DNA of 64,000 nt from an uncultured Actinomycetes bacterium (GTDB taxonomy: Bacteria; Actinomycetota; Actinomycetes; Streptosporangiales; Streptosporangiaceae). The position numbers were made by a program, and so were the translations under genes. The notes beneath the pieces are model-generated. The model was not told the origin of the DNA. It saw nothing but the letters and a program-made list of their open reading frames with translations, and searched no databases. The first letter of the stretch is position 1, and the number at the start of each line of letters is the position of its first letter. Shown here in pieces: positions 36,685 to 46,605 of this stretch. Location: contig CAVWLF010000001.1 in NCBI GenBank assembly GCA_963755815.1, forward strand, positions 1 through 64,000. Direction: 5' to 3'.

Positions 36685-38240
36685 ATGCATCGGTGGACGT
36701 GGCTGGCCGGGACGGAGCGGCCGCAGGCGCACCGCCGGACCTGGCTGGCCCGGACGGGACAGCCGCAGGCGCACCGCCGGGCCTGGCTGGCCGGGACGGT
36801 AACCGCCGCCGCCGTGCTGTGCGTTACGTCGGTTGCCGCCTGCGCGGCTCCGCCGCCACGGCTGCTGCTCGGCGGGATCACCGCGGAGCGCTCGGCGCCG
36901 GACGGTATCAGGGCGTTGCCGCCGGACCCGTCATCCCCGGCCAGCTCCGCATCCCGGGACGGTTCCGCATCCCAGGGCGGCTCCGCGTCCGCGGCTGGTT
37001 CCGCATCCGCGGCCGGCCCCGCATCACCGGCCCGCACCGCGTCGCCGGCCGGACTCGCGCTCCCGTCCCTGGCCGGACCGCCGCATAGCGCGGCGCAGCG
37101 CTGGCTGGCGGCCGGCTCGGTGCCGGGCCGCACCCCGGCGCAGCGGCAGCTGGCCGAGGGCGCGCTCATCGACCTGCGGCTGCTTACCCGCCCGGACGGC
37201 GCGGTCGCCGCCGCCTGGTTCGGTCCGTGGAAGTTCGCCTGGCCGCGTGACTCCAGCTGGGTGGCCGCCGCGTTCGCCGCCACCGGCCATTCCGGCGACG
37301 CACTGCGCATCCTGCGCTTCCTCGCCCGGGTGCAGGGCCCGGCCGGCACCTGGGCCGCCAAGTACACGCTGGCGGGCGGGCCGGCCCCGGCCGGGCCAGG
37401 GGCCGAGCTCGATGCCAACGGCTGGTTTCCCTGGGCGGTCTGGATCTGGTACGCCGAGCAAGGCGGCCGGGCCGGGGCGCGGCGGGAACTGGCCGCCCTG
37501 TGGCCCGCCGTCCGCCGCGCGGCGGACGCCACCGCGGCGTCGCTGTCGGCCGGCGGGCTGCCACCGCCATCGCCGGACTACTGGGAACAGCCGGTCAGCC
37601 AGCCGACGATCGGTACCGCCGGCCCGCTGCTGGCCGGGCTGCGCGCCGCCGCCCGGCTGGCGGCCGGCCTCGGCGACGTCAGTGACGAGCGCCGCTGGGC
37701 ATCCTCCGCGGCGCGGCTTGACCGGGGAATCCAGGCTGCGTTTGGCCCGGAATTCAATCGGTTCCCGAACTCGGCCGGGGGCACTGGCACCTGGCTGGCC
37801 CTCTTCGGTACCGGCCCCGGCCCGGCCCATGACGGCCTTTCGGCCGACTCGGTGCTGAACGGGCCCGATGCCGCGGTGACCTTTCTCGGCCCGCCATTCG
37901 GCCGGCCAGCGCGGCGGTCAGCGCGGCGGTCGCGCGCGCGGCCCGGGTCCTGACGCTGCCGGACGGCGGCATCCTGCCCGGCACTACCTGGCGGGGCGAC
38001 CGCACCGTCGCCTGGACGCCGGCGACCGGTTTCTTCGCGCTTTACGACGCGGCCACCGGCCACCGGGCCGCGGCGGCCGGCTGGCTGGACTGGCTGGCCG
38101 CGCATCGCACCGCGGACGGGGCGCTGCCCGAGCAGGTCAACGCCAGCGGGCAGCCGGTGTCGGTCGCCCCGCTCGGCTGGACGTGCGCCATTGTGCTGCT
38201 GGCGCTCACCGCGATGCGGCACCCGCTGCCGGTCCCGTGA
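36685..38240 (+). pseudogene. glycoside hydrolase family 15-like (glucoamylase-related) lipoprotein gene with a frameshift near 37905
   Basis: Lipobox-like LCVTSVAAC, and GH15-like blocks WPRDSSWVAAAFAATGH and DYWEQ. Frame 1 ends at 37953 in Arg-rich sequence. The authentic-looking C-terminus (AAVSAAVARAARVLTLPDGGILPGTTW...LGWTCAIVLLAL) continues in another frame to the stop at 38240. Confidence 0.6.
36698..36810. repeat. 42-bp tandem repeat (about 2.7 copies) inside the N-terminal coding region of the GH15-like gene
   Basis: Units are at 36698-36739, 36740-36781 and 36782-36810 (partial). They encode (W/T)WLAGT(E/G)(R/Q)PQAHRR repeats in frame. Confidence 0.7.
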
Positions 38241-38252
38241 GCCGGGCCGGCC

Positions 38253-38945
38253 TCAGCTGGCCTGCGGCCGGATGTCCTGCTTGATGGACAGCTTGCCGTC
38301 CCTCATCACCCCGACCCGCTGCGCCCGGCGCGCGATCGAGCTGTCATGAGTGATCAGGACCATGGTCAGCCCGAGTTCGCGCCAGAACTTCTCCAGCAGG
38401 GCGATGATCTCGTCTCTGGTGTCCTCGTCGAGGTTGCCGGTCGGCTCGTCGGCCAGCAGCACCTTGGGCTTCTTCACCAGCGCCCGGGCGATGGCAACGC
38501 GCTGCTGCTGGCCGCCGGACAGTTCCGAGGGCAGGTGCCGCAGCCGGTCGCCGAGCCCGAGATCGGTCAGCGCCTCGGCCGCCCGGGCCCGCCGCTGCGC
38601 GGCGGGCAGCCCGGCCGGCACCAGGGCCGCCTCCACGTTCTCCTGCGCGCTGAGCGTGGGTATCAGGTTGAACGTCTGGAAGACGAACCCGATCGACCTG
38701 GCTCGCACCGTCGTGACCTGGCTCTCACGGATGCTGGCTAGGTCCTGGCCGTCGAAGTCGACGAGGCCGGCCGTCGGCCGGTCCAGCCCGCCGAGTATCT
38801 GCAGCAGCGTGCTCTTACCGTGGCCGGTCGGGCCCTGGATGGAGAGCCACTCGCCGTCCTCGATGACCAGGTCGATCCCGCGCAGCGCGGCCACCGTGCC
38901 GCGGTCCTTCCGGTAGTCCTTGGTCACGCCAGTGAGCTTGTACAT
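38253..38945 (-). CDS. ABC transporter ATP-binding protein (MacB/LolD/FtsE-like)
   Basis: Walker [10 protein letters not shown], signature [15 protein letters not shown], Walker [13 protein letters not shown]. Start at [11 protein letters not shown] (ATG 38945). Confidence 0.9.
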   Translation of the reverse strand: MYKLTGVTKDYRKDRGTVAALRGIDLVIEDGEWLSIQGPTGHGKSTLLQILGGLDRPTAGLVDFDGQDLASIRESQVTTVRARSIGFVFQTFNLIPTLSAQENVEAALVPAGLPAAQRRARAAEALTDLGLGDRLRHLPSELSGGQQQRVAIARALVKKPKVLLADEPTGNLDEDTRDEIIALLEKFWRELGLTMVLITHDSSIARRAQRVGVMRDGKLSIKQDIRPQAS

Positions 38946-39000
38946 CTGCTTCCCCTCGTCGAGGTCCGCGGAATCCGCCGCCGGGTCCGGCCGCTGCCCG

Positions 39001-40521
39001 TCACGCGACCCTGGCCAGCGCGTCCGCCGGGCGCAGCCGTGCTGCCCGCCAGCCGCCGAACGTCCCGGCGATGAGGCCGCCGGCCATGGCCAGGACCACG
39101 GCCAGCACGATGACATCGAGCGTTACCTGAGCGGTCAGGTGCACCGGCACGGTGTGGCTGGCATTCGCGGCGGCCCGCCGGAAGCCGCCGCCGAAGCCAC
39201 CGCCACCACCACCGAAACCGCCGCCGAAGCCGCCGCCACCGCCACCGCCGAACGTGCGCGCGCCGCCCGGCGTCGCGCTGCCGGTCGTCGGGCCGATCGA
39301 TGCCGACAGCGGCCCGGACAGCCGGGTTACCAGCGTGGCGCCGAGGAAGCCGAGCGCGACGCCGGCGATGCCGCCCGCCAGGCCGATCACGAGTGACTCG
39401 CCCATCACCTGGCTGACCACCCGCCGGCTCCGCCAGCCGAGCGCCTTCAGCGTGCCGAACTCCCTGACCCGGCGGGCAACCGCCGCCATCGTCAGCAGGC
39501 TGGCCAGCAGGAACGCGGCGGCGAGCACGGCGATGGAGAGCCAGCGGCCGAGGTTGCTGGCCAGGCTGGACGCGCTGGACAGCGAGCCGGTCACCTCGCT
39601 GGCCAGGTCGCTGGAGTTGGTCACGGTGGCCTTGGGCATGAGCCCGGAGATTTCCTGCGATACGGCGGTGATGTCCGACGCGCTGCTGGCGGCCACGTAG
39701 ACCGTGTTCACCTTGTTCTTCAGGCCGGCCAGGGCCTGCGCCCGGGCCAGCGGAATGTAGGTGTCCGCGGCACTGGCGCCGGCCGGCACGCCGACCACCC
39801 CGATCACCTTGAAGCTCTTCTTGGCGATCGTGATCGAGGAGCCGACCTTGAGCTTGGCCTGCTTGGCGTAGTCGGAATCCACCACGGCGACGTTCGAAGT
39901 CGCGTCGGCGGCGGTGAACGTCCGCCCGGCCGTGACCTTGCCCGAGCTGAGCGGGCCAAGCTCGCCCTGGGACAGGTCAACGCCGGAGACACTGAACGAG
40001 CTCGGGGTAAAAGCGCCGCGGAACCTTCCGCCTCCGCCACTTCCGCCTCCGCCACCACCGCCGCCGCCGAATCCGCCGCCGCCCCCGCCGCCGGCGTTGA
40101 TCGACGGGATCTTTCCGGTGATCTTGGTGTCGGTGAGGGTCAGCCCGCCCGCGGCGGCCGCGACGTCGTGCAGCCTGGAGACGGTCGTCACCGACGCCGA
40201 ACTCAGTGTCCCGAGCCCGAAGTTCCCCAGGGTGTCGATGTCAATCTTGGTGCCGGGCGCGGGCCGGGTCCGCGAGCCGGTTGTCCCCCGGAACCCGAAC
40301 GAGCGGGGCCCGCCGGCGCTGGCCGCCGGGGCCTGCGTGACGGTCACGTCCGTGCCCACCCCGTACAGCGAGTGCAGCACGGTGCCCTGCGCGGTCCGCA
40401 CCCCGGCCGACAGCGCCGCGACCGTGATGACCAGCCCGATCCCGACGGCCAGGCCGGACGCGATGAGAATGGCCTGGCGCATCCGGCGGCGTAGCTCGCG
40501 CCGCAGGTAGGTGAAGAACAA
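39001..40521 (-). CDS. ABC transporter permease, FtsX/MacB-type, with poly-Gly insertions
   Basis: N-terminal TM, a large extracytoplasmic domain, and a C-terminal FtsX 3-TM bundle (FGTLKALGWRSRRVVSQVMGESLVIGLAGG). Two long Gly/Phe runs (GGGGGGFGGGGGGGGGSGGGG and GGGGGGFGGGFGGGGGGFGGGF). Confidence 0.85.
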   Translation of the reverse strand: MFFTYLRRELRRRMRQAILIASGLAVGIGLVITVAALSAGVRTAQGTVLHSLYGVGTDVTVTQAPAASAGGPRSFGFRGTTGSRTRPAPGTKIDIDTLGNFGLGTLSSASVTTVSRLHDVAAAAGGLTLTDTKITGKIPSINAGGGGGGGFGGGGGGGGGSGGGGRFRGAFTPSSFSVSGVDLSQGELGPLSSGKVTAGRTFTAADATSNVAVVDSDYAKQAKLKVGSSITIAKKSFKVIGVVGVPAGASAADTYIPLARAQALAGLKNKVNTVYVAASSASDITAVSQEISGLMPKATVTNSSDLASEVTGSLSSASSLASNLGRWLSIAVLAAAFLLASLLTMAAVARRVREFGTLKALGWRSRRVVSQVMGESLVIGLAGGIAGVALGFLGATLVTRLSGPLSASIGPTTGSATPGGARTFGGGGGGGFGGGFGGGGGGFGGGFRRAAANASHTVPVHLTAQVTLDVIVLAVVLAMAGGLIAGTFGGWRAARLRPADALARVA

Positions 40522-40618
40522 AGGAACTCCTCAGGGTCGCGGGCGCCAGGGCCAGGACGGGGCGCCGGGACACGAGCCGGGCGGCGACGTCGCGGCCGGG
40601 CTTGCGCCAGGCGCGCAG

Positions 40619-42544
40619 TCAGGAACCTGAGGAGATCCTGGCCAGCGATTCTGAACGGACCCTGTAAGGAGTCTGCAAAATTACCGGGTTCCGGCGAGGG
40701 ACGCCGGGCCGGTATACCTTCACGCCGTCCGCGGTGTAGCCGAGCCGGAAGCCGGTCTCGTGCAGATAGCGGATGGCCGGCCGGGTCCGGCCATGCCATC
40801 TCCAGACCAGCACCCAGCCGATGTCCAGGTGGCGCGCGTCCAGCCGGGCCGCCGCCAGCTGCGCCGGGGTGACCTGCTGGCCGTGCTGGACGGCCACCAG
40901 CTCGGCGAAGAAGGCATGCTTCCTGGCCGCGGCCAGGGTGGGACCGGGTATCCGGGACAGGAAGCCCACCGCGCGCGGGTGCCCGTCGGCGGTCGCCAGT
41001 ACCTGCGCCTCCGGGTCGAACCGGCCTCCGTAGACCGGGGCTCCGCCGCGGAGGCCGTACGGGACGTCGACGACGAGTGACCCGGAATGGTCGGCGGCGA
41101 TCGGCCGGTCGACGGCGGGCAGCGAGGTCGGCATGGAACCGATGCGGGGATTGCCGGACCAGCCGGCTTCCAGCATTCCGAGCGCCAGCACGACGACGAT
41201 GGCGGGGGCTGCGTGGTAGCGCAGCCAGTTCACCGCCGCGCCGGCCAGCAGGGCGGCGGGCACCATGCCCAGCATCAGGATCCGGGCCGGCTCCCGGAAG
41301 CCGGACAGCCCGGGGATGCGGACGAACCAGGTGTACGGCATCACCGCGGACACCCGCACCCCGTCCAGGGTGGTGGCGTCGGGAACGTAGACGTGCGGGC
41401 CGATCCGCAGCACCGGACCTAGGGCCAGCGCGGCGCAGCCGAGGCACAGCAGCGCCAGCAGCCATGCGCTGCGCCGCCGCCAGGCGGCCAGCAGCCCGAG
41501 CAGGGCGAGCAGGCTCAGCACCAGGCCGTAGGTGGGAACCCCGTCGATGAGCCGGCCAGAATAGATGAGCCCGGCGGGGACGTGCAGCCTGAGCTCGGTC
41601 ACCCGCGGGGAAAGCTCGAACATGCCGGGGAGCGGGACCGAGTAGGCCAGGTAGGAGGTGCCCAGGTCACCCGCCGGGGTGGTGGCGCCGCCGGATCTGG
41701 TCTGCTGGGCGATGGCGATGAGCTGCGGGCTGGCGACCAGCAAGGTCACCAGCCCGGCCAGCGCGGCCGGCCACAGCTTCGCCACCACCGGACGCCGCAC
41801 CAGCCACGGCACCAGCGCCGCGCACGCCAAGATGACCACCAGCACGGCCATCTCCTGATCAGTCAGCAGCGCCCCGCCGGCCACCACCCCCAGGACCACC
41901 GCCCGCCGCCACCCCGGCCGCCGCGTCAGCCGCACCGCGGCCTCCAGCGCCAGCGGCAAGAACAACGCCCCCGCGGCCAGGTTCAGGTGATACCAGGACC
42001 GCCACGTCAGCATCGACGACAACCCGAAAAACGCCCCCGCCGCGATCGCGCCCACCTGCGAGGGCAGCCACAACCGCGCCACCCGGTACATCGCATAACA
42101 CAGCAACCCCGGCATCACCACCGACAGCAGGTTGTACGACGCACTCGGCCCGAACACCACCGTCACCGGCATCATCACCACGCCCGGCAGCGGCATCAGC
42201 GCATGCAACCCCAGCTGAGCCCCCGCCGGAGCATCGATATAACGGGTAAACCACGGATTACCCAGATGCTCCACCTGCCGCGCAACCCACCAGAACCCCC
42301 ACACGTAACTACCCGCATCACGCGTCGCCGGCAACCGGCCCGCCAGATACGTCACCCGCGGCCAGCTCACCGCCATCCCCGCCGCCACAAACCCAGCCAG
42401 CACCCCCAGCTGAACCGCCACCGGACCACGAACCACCCGGAAAACCCGCCACCACCCGAACCCGCCCGGCCCGGGACCACCCGCCGCAACGCCCGGCAGC
42501 CTCCGGCCCGGCTCCGGCCCCGACCGGAGCCCTGACCGCCGCAT
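40619..42544 (-). CDS. large polytopic membrane protein, putative GT-C-type glycosyltransferase (uncharacterised family), copy 1
   Basis: 641 aa with more than 10 hydrophobic helices. An Asp-containing first loop follows TM1 (LPATRDAGSYVWGFWW). A soluble C-terminal domain of about 200 aa. The GT-C function is inferred from architecture and neighbours only. Confidence 0.7.
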   Translation of the reverse strand: MRRSGLRSGPEPGRRLPGVAAGGPGPGGFGWWRVFRVVRGPVAVQLGVLAGFVAAGMAVSWPRVTYLAGRLPATRDAGSYVWGFWWVARQVEHLGNPWFTRYIDAPAGAQLGLHALMPLPGVVMMPVTVVFGPSASYNLLSVVMPGLLCYAMYRVARLWLPSQVGAIAAGAFFGLSSMLTWRSWYHLNLAAGALFLPLALEAAVRLTRRPGWRRAVVLGVVAGGALLTDQEMAVLVVILACAALVPWLVRRPVVAKLWPAALAGLVTLLVASPQLIAIAQQTRSGGATTPAGDLGTSYLAYSVPLPGMFELSPRVTELRLHVPAGLIYSGRLIDGVPTYGLVLSLLALLGLLAAWRRRSAWLLALLCLGCAALALGPVLRIGPHVYVPDATTLDGVRVSAVMPYTWFVRIPGLSGFREPARILMLGMVPAALLAGAAVNWLRYHAAPAIVVVLALGMLEAGWSGNPRIGSMPTSLPAVDRPIAADHSGSLVVDVPYGLRGGAPVYGGRFDPEAQVLATADGHPRAVGFLSRIPGPTLAAARKHAFFAELVAVQHGQQVTPAQLAAARLDARHLDIGWVLVWRWHGRTRPAIRYLHETGFRLGYTADGVKVYRPGVPRRNPVILQTPYRVRSESLARISSGS

Positions 42545-44700
42545 CCACGCCGGCCGCCACGGTCGAGCCGGCCCGGTCAGCGGCCGTCTCCGGTCCCGCC
42601 TCGCGGGAATCGATCACGCTCTGATCGGCCGCTTTCATCGCCGGGCAGCGCCGCCCGCGCGGTATACCCGCACGCCGCCCGCGCGGTATACCTTCACGCC
42701 GCCCGCACGGTGTACCTTCACGCCGTCCGGCCGGTATACCTTCACGCCGTCCGCGATGTAGCCGAGCCGGAAGCCGGTCTCGTGCAGATAGCGGATGGCC
42801 GGCCGGGTCCGGCCGTGCCATCTCCAGACCAGCACCCAGCCGATGTCCAGGTGGCGCGCGTCCAGCCGGGCGGCCGCCAGCTGCGCCGGGGTGATCTGCT
42901 GGCCGTGCTGGACGGCCACCAGCTCGGCGAAGAAGGCGTGCTTCCTGGCCGCGGCTACGGTCGGGGCCGGTACCCGGGACAGGAAGCCCACCGCGCGCGG
43001 ATGCCCGTCGGCAGTCGCCAGCACCTGCGCCTCCGGATCGAACTGGTCACCGTAGGCGCCAGTTCCGCCCCGGAGGCCGTACGGGATATCAACCACGAGT
43101 GACCCGGAATGGTCCGCGGCGATCGGCCGGTCGATGGCCGGCGGCTGGTGGCGATGGACCCAATGCCAGGATTGCCGGACCAGCCGGCTTCCAGCATTCC
43201 GAGCGCCAGTACGACGACGATGGCGGGGGCTGCGTGGTAGCGCAGCCAGTTCACCGCCGCGCCGGCCAGCAGGGCGGCGGGCACCATGCCCAGCATCAGG
43301 ATCCGGGCCGGCTCCCGGAAGCCGGACAGCCCGGGGATGCGGACGAACCAGGTGTACGGCATCACCGCGGACACCCGCACGCCGTCCAGGGTGGTGGCGT
43401 CCGGGACGAAGATATGGTTGCCGACCCGGATTACGGGGCCAAGGGCCATGACCGCGCAGCCGAGCCAGAGCAGTGCCAGCAGCCACGCGCTGCGCCGCCG
43501 CCAGGCGGCCAGCAGGCCAGCCACCGCCAGGACGCTCAGCACCAGGCCGTAGGTGGGGATCCCGTCGCCGATCCGGCCGCCGTAGATGAACCCCGGCGGG
43601 CCGTGCAGCCCGAACGCGGTCACTCGCGGGGAGAGCTCGAACATCCGGGGGAAGATGACGTCGTTCCCGAGATACGACCCGCCGAGGACGAGCTTCGGGA
43701 TAGTGGCGCCGCCGGATCTGGTCTGCTGGGCGATGGCGATGAGCTGCGGGCTGGCGACCAGCAAGGTCACCAGCCCGGCCAGCGCGGCCGGCCACAGCTT
43801 CGCCACCACCGGACGCCGCACCAGCCACGGCACCAGCGCCGCGCACGCCAAGATGACCACCAGCACGGCCATCTCCTGATCAGTCAGCAGCGCCCCGCCG
43901 GCCACCACCCCCAGGACCACCGCCCGCCGCCACCCCGGCCGCCGCGTCAGCCGCACCGCGGCCTCCAGCGCCAGCGGCAAGAACAACGCCCCCGCGGCCA
44001 GGTTCAGGTGATACCAGGACCGCCACGTCAGCATCGACGACAACCCGAAAAACGCCCCCGCCGCGATCGCGCCCACCTGCGAGGGCAGCCACAACCGCGC
44101 CACCCGGTACATCGCATAACACAGCAACCCCGGCATCACCACCGACAGCAGGTTGTACGACGCACTCGGCCCGAACACCACCGTCACCGGCATCATCACC
44201 ACGCCCGGCAGCGGCATCAGCGCATGCAACCCCAGCTGAGCCCCCGCCGGAGCATCGATATAACGGGTAAACCACGGATTACCCAGATGCTCCACCTGCC
44301 GCGCAACCCACCAGAACCCCCACACGTAACTACCCGCATCACGCGTCGCCGGCAACCGGCCCGCCAGATACGTCACCCGCGGCCAGCTCACCGCCATCCC
44401 CGCCGCCACAAACCCAGCCAGCACCCCCAGCTGAACCGCCACCGGACCACGAACCACCCGGAAAACCCGCCACCACCCGAACCCGCCCGGCCCGCCACCC
44501 CGCGGCCCGGCATCCGGCCCCCCGACCGGAGCCCTGACCGCCGCACCCACGCCGGGCGGCCGCACCTCAGCCGGCCGCACACCGGCCGGCGTTACCGGCG
44601 AGCTAGCCGCCGGACCCGGCCCGCTCAGTGCGGCCGGCCCGGGACCACCCGCCGCCACGGCCGAGCCGGCCCGGTCAATGGTCTGTGCCGGGCCGGAGGC
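40721..44700. repeat. about 2.02-kb tandem duplication (two gene-length units)
   Basis: Offset is 2021-2022 bp. The ORF track shows identical translated runs of 262 aa and identical 131-aa ORFs (41859-42254 = 43880-44275). This gives an identical block 41687-42472 = 43708-44493, flanked by visibly diverged sequence. Confidence 0.9.
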
Positions 44701-44736
44701 CAGCGGCCCCTGCCGGTCACTGTCCGCCCGGTCCAT
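42635..44736 (-). pseudogene. tandem paralog (copy 2) of the polytopic membrane protein, interrupted by a 1-nt deletion near 43150
   Basis: ORF 42955-44736 matches the N-terminal two-thirds of copy 1. The C-terminal domain (PPAIDRPIAADHSGSLVVDIPYGLRGG...) continues in another frame (ORF 42635-43846). Copy 1 has 30 nt (ATGCCGACCTCGCTGCCCGCCGTCGACCGG) where copy 2 has 29. Confidence 0.65.
42659..42754. repeat. 4 x 24-bp tandem repeat at the 3' end of copy 2
   Basis: Units start at 42659, 42683, 42707 and 42731 ((G/A/C)CGGT(A/G)TACC(C/T)(G/T)CACGCCG(C/T)CCG(C/G)). They encode (D/G)GV(K/R)V(Y/H)R(P/A) octapeptides. Copy 1 has a single unit (40709-40732). Confidence 0.85.
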
Positions 44737-44769
44737 CCGTTCCCTCGCTTAGCTCGTCGCGTGCGCGGC

Positions 44770-45801
44770 TTACAGTCGTCCTTCGCTAACGGCCTGCTCA
44801 ATCCACGGAATGACCTCGTCGAGCATCTCGTCGAGCGTGGTGGTGGCCCGGTAGCCGAGCACCCGCCGGGCCTTCTCGACGTCAGGAACCCGCCGTTGCA
44901 CGTCGTGCTCGTACGGCTGCTCAGCCACGAAGCGGAACGGCACATCCGGGCCCTTGACCTTGCGCCAGATGAGCCCGGCCAGGTCGAGCACGGTCGTCGA
45001 CTCCGCGGTCGACAGGTTGAAGTCCTCATTGACCGTGCCCGGGTGCAGCAGCGTGGCGACGATCCCGCGGGCCAGGTCACCGCCGTAGGTGTAGTGCCGG
45101 ATCTGGTCGCCCTGACCGAGGATGCGCAGCGGATCCTGGCCCTTGAGCACCTTCTGCACGAGATCGGGAACGACATGCGACATGGCCAGCCGGACGTTTC
45201 CGGACAGCACCTCGGCCTGGCCAAGCGCCCGTCCCTCGCCGATGCCAACGCAGTTGAACGGGCGCACGATCGTGTACGGCAGCTGGTACTGGTCCCACGC
45301 GGCGCGGGCGAAGTACTCCACGGCGAGCTTCTGGAAGCCGTACGAGGAGCGCGGCGGCGGGATCCGCCGCTCGTCCCCCTCCCGGGACGGCCAGTTGTCC
45401 GTGCTCTCGTACACCATGGAGGAGCTGACATAAGTCATCTTTTGCAGCGTGCCGGATTTATGCGCCCGCAGCGCCGCGTCGCAACTCGACGCGATGATCC
45501 GCTCGTTAGTGGCGAGCAGATCGTAGGCATAGGCGTGAAAGTAGCTAATTCCTCCGATCATCGCGGCTCCGGCGATGAAGTGATCGCACCCTTCCAGTAG
45601 CTCGGCCAGCAAGCCGGCCTCAGCGGCGTCGCCTTCAACAAAATGGTGGTTCGGGTGGTCATCGAAACTATGCTTCACCGGCCCGTACTTGGAGAAGTTG
45701 TCGACCCCGACCACGGTGTGGCCCTGATCGAGCAACTCCTGAACCACGTAGCCGCCGATGAAGCCAGCCGAGCCGGTGACAAGAACCTTCGCCACGAACA
45801 C
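44770..45801 (-). CDS. NAD-dependent epimerase/dehydratase (extended SDR; UDP-sugar modifying)
   Basis: Rossmann motif VTGSAGFIGG, catalytic YGFQK (YxxxK), 343 aa. Confidence 0.9.
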   Translation of the reverse strand: MFVAKVLVTGSAGFIGGYVVQELLDQGHTVVGVDNFSKYGPVKHSFDDHPNHHFVEGDAAEAGLLAELLEGCDHFIAGAAMIGGISYFHAYAYDLLATNERIIASSCDAALRAHKSGTLQKMTYVSSSMVYESTDNWPSREGDERRIPPPRSSYGFQKLAVEYFARAAWDQYQLPYTIVRPFNCVGIGEGRALGQAEVLSGNVRLAMSHVVPDLVQKVLKGQDPLRILGQGDQIRHYTYGGDLARGIVATLLHPGTVNEDFNLSTAESTTVLDLAGLIWRKVKGPDVPFRFVAEQPYEHDVQRRVPDVEKARRVLGYRATTTLDEMLDEVIPWIEQAVSEGRL

Positions 45802-45852
45802 TCCTTCGTCGCAGTACTCGTATCTGGTCTCAGTACTCGCATGTAGGTCAGT

Positions 45853-46605
45853 TCAGCGCGGTGCCGCGGCATCGCTTTCCCGGCGCGCGGTCAGTTTCTC
45901 CAGGGTCAGCCGCGGGCCGAAGGCGAAGCGATACCAGTGCAGGTAGCCAGGCAGCCATTGCACCAAGTCGAAGCGGGACTCCCCGAACGAGCGATCCAGC
46001 CAGATGGTCGGGATCTCGGCGACCGGGCGTCCCAGCCTGGTGGCCTTCGCGGTGAGCTCGAGGCCGATCTCGAATCCGGCTCGCGAGTCAATTCCTACCT
46101 GCCGCACGAACTCGGTCGAGTAGGCCTTGAAGCTATTGGTGGCGTCCCTCGTGCCGACCCGGGCGAGCAGCCGCAGTGACTTGCCCGCCGATCTGGACAG
46201 CAGGCGCTTGAGCTTCGGGCCGCCAACCTGCTGGCCGCCCGGCATATACCGGGATGCGGCGGCGACCGCAACCCCCCGTTCCACTAGCCGGGCCAGGTCG
46301 TCGATCTGCCGCGGGTCGTCGCTGCCATCCGCCATCGTCACCACGGTGACCGGCGACCGCGCCTCGTCGAAGCCGGCCCGGATGGCGTTCGCGGGACCGG
46401 GACCGTAGCCATTGAGCACGCCGCGCACGCGCGCGTCCGCGCTGGCCACCTTCTCGATGTAGGGGACCGTGGTGTCGTCTGGCCGGTCGTAGACGACGAG
46501 TACCTCACACGGCGACGTCACCGCGGCCAGCACCCGGTCCAGGCACGGGCGAATGGCCTCGCCCTCGTTGTAGACCGGAATCACCACAGTGATCTCGGGA
46601 CTCAT
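45853..46605 (-). CDS. family 2 glycosyltransferase, polyprenyl-phosphate sugar synthase-like (DPM1/ArnC-like)
   Basis: ITVVIPVYNEGEAI, the DxD-type MADGSDDP, and a size of about 250 aa without TM segments. The ATG overlaps the dehydrogenase stop (ATGA). Confidence 0.88.
   Translation of the reverse strand: MSPEITVVIPVYNEGEAIRPCLDRVLAAVTSPCEVLVVYDRPDDTTVPYIEKVASADARVRGVLNGYGPGPANAIRAGFDEARSPVTVVTMADGSDDPRQIDDLARLVERGVAVAAASRYMPGGQQVGGPKLKRLLSRSAGKSLRLLARVGTRDATNSFKAYSTEFVRQVGIDSRAGFEIGLELTAKATRLGRPVAEIPTIWLDRSFGESRFDLVQWLPGYLHWYRFAFGPRLTLEKLTARRESDAAAPR

Noticed and set aside
43099-45600. 833-aa plus-strand ORF (also 41582-42535, 22800-23717, 10482-12344, 26049-26711, 56139-57005 and similar)
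   Set aside because: The compositions are His/Arg/Pro/Gln-rich nonsense. All are antisense to genes with clear family motifs. The internal identity between 41582-42535 and 43099-45600 merely reflects the tandem duplication.
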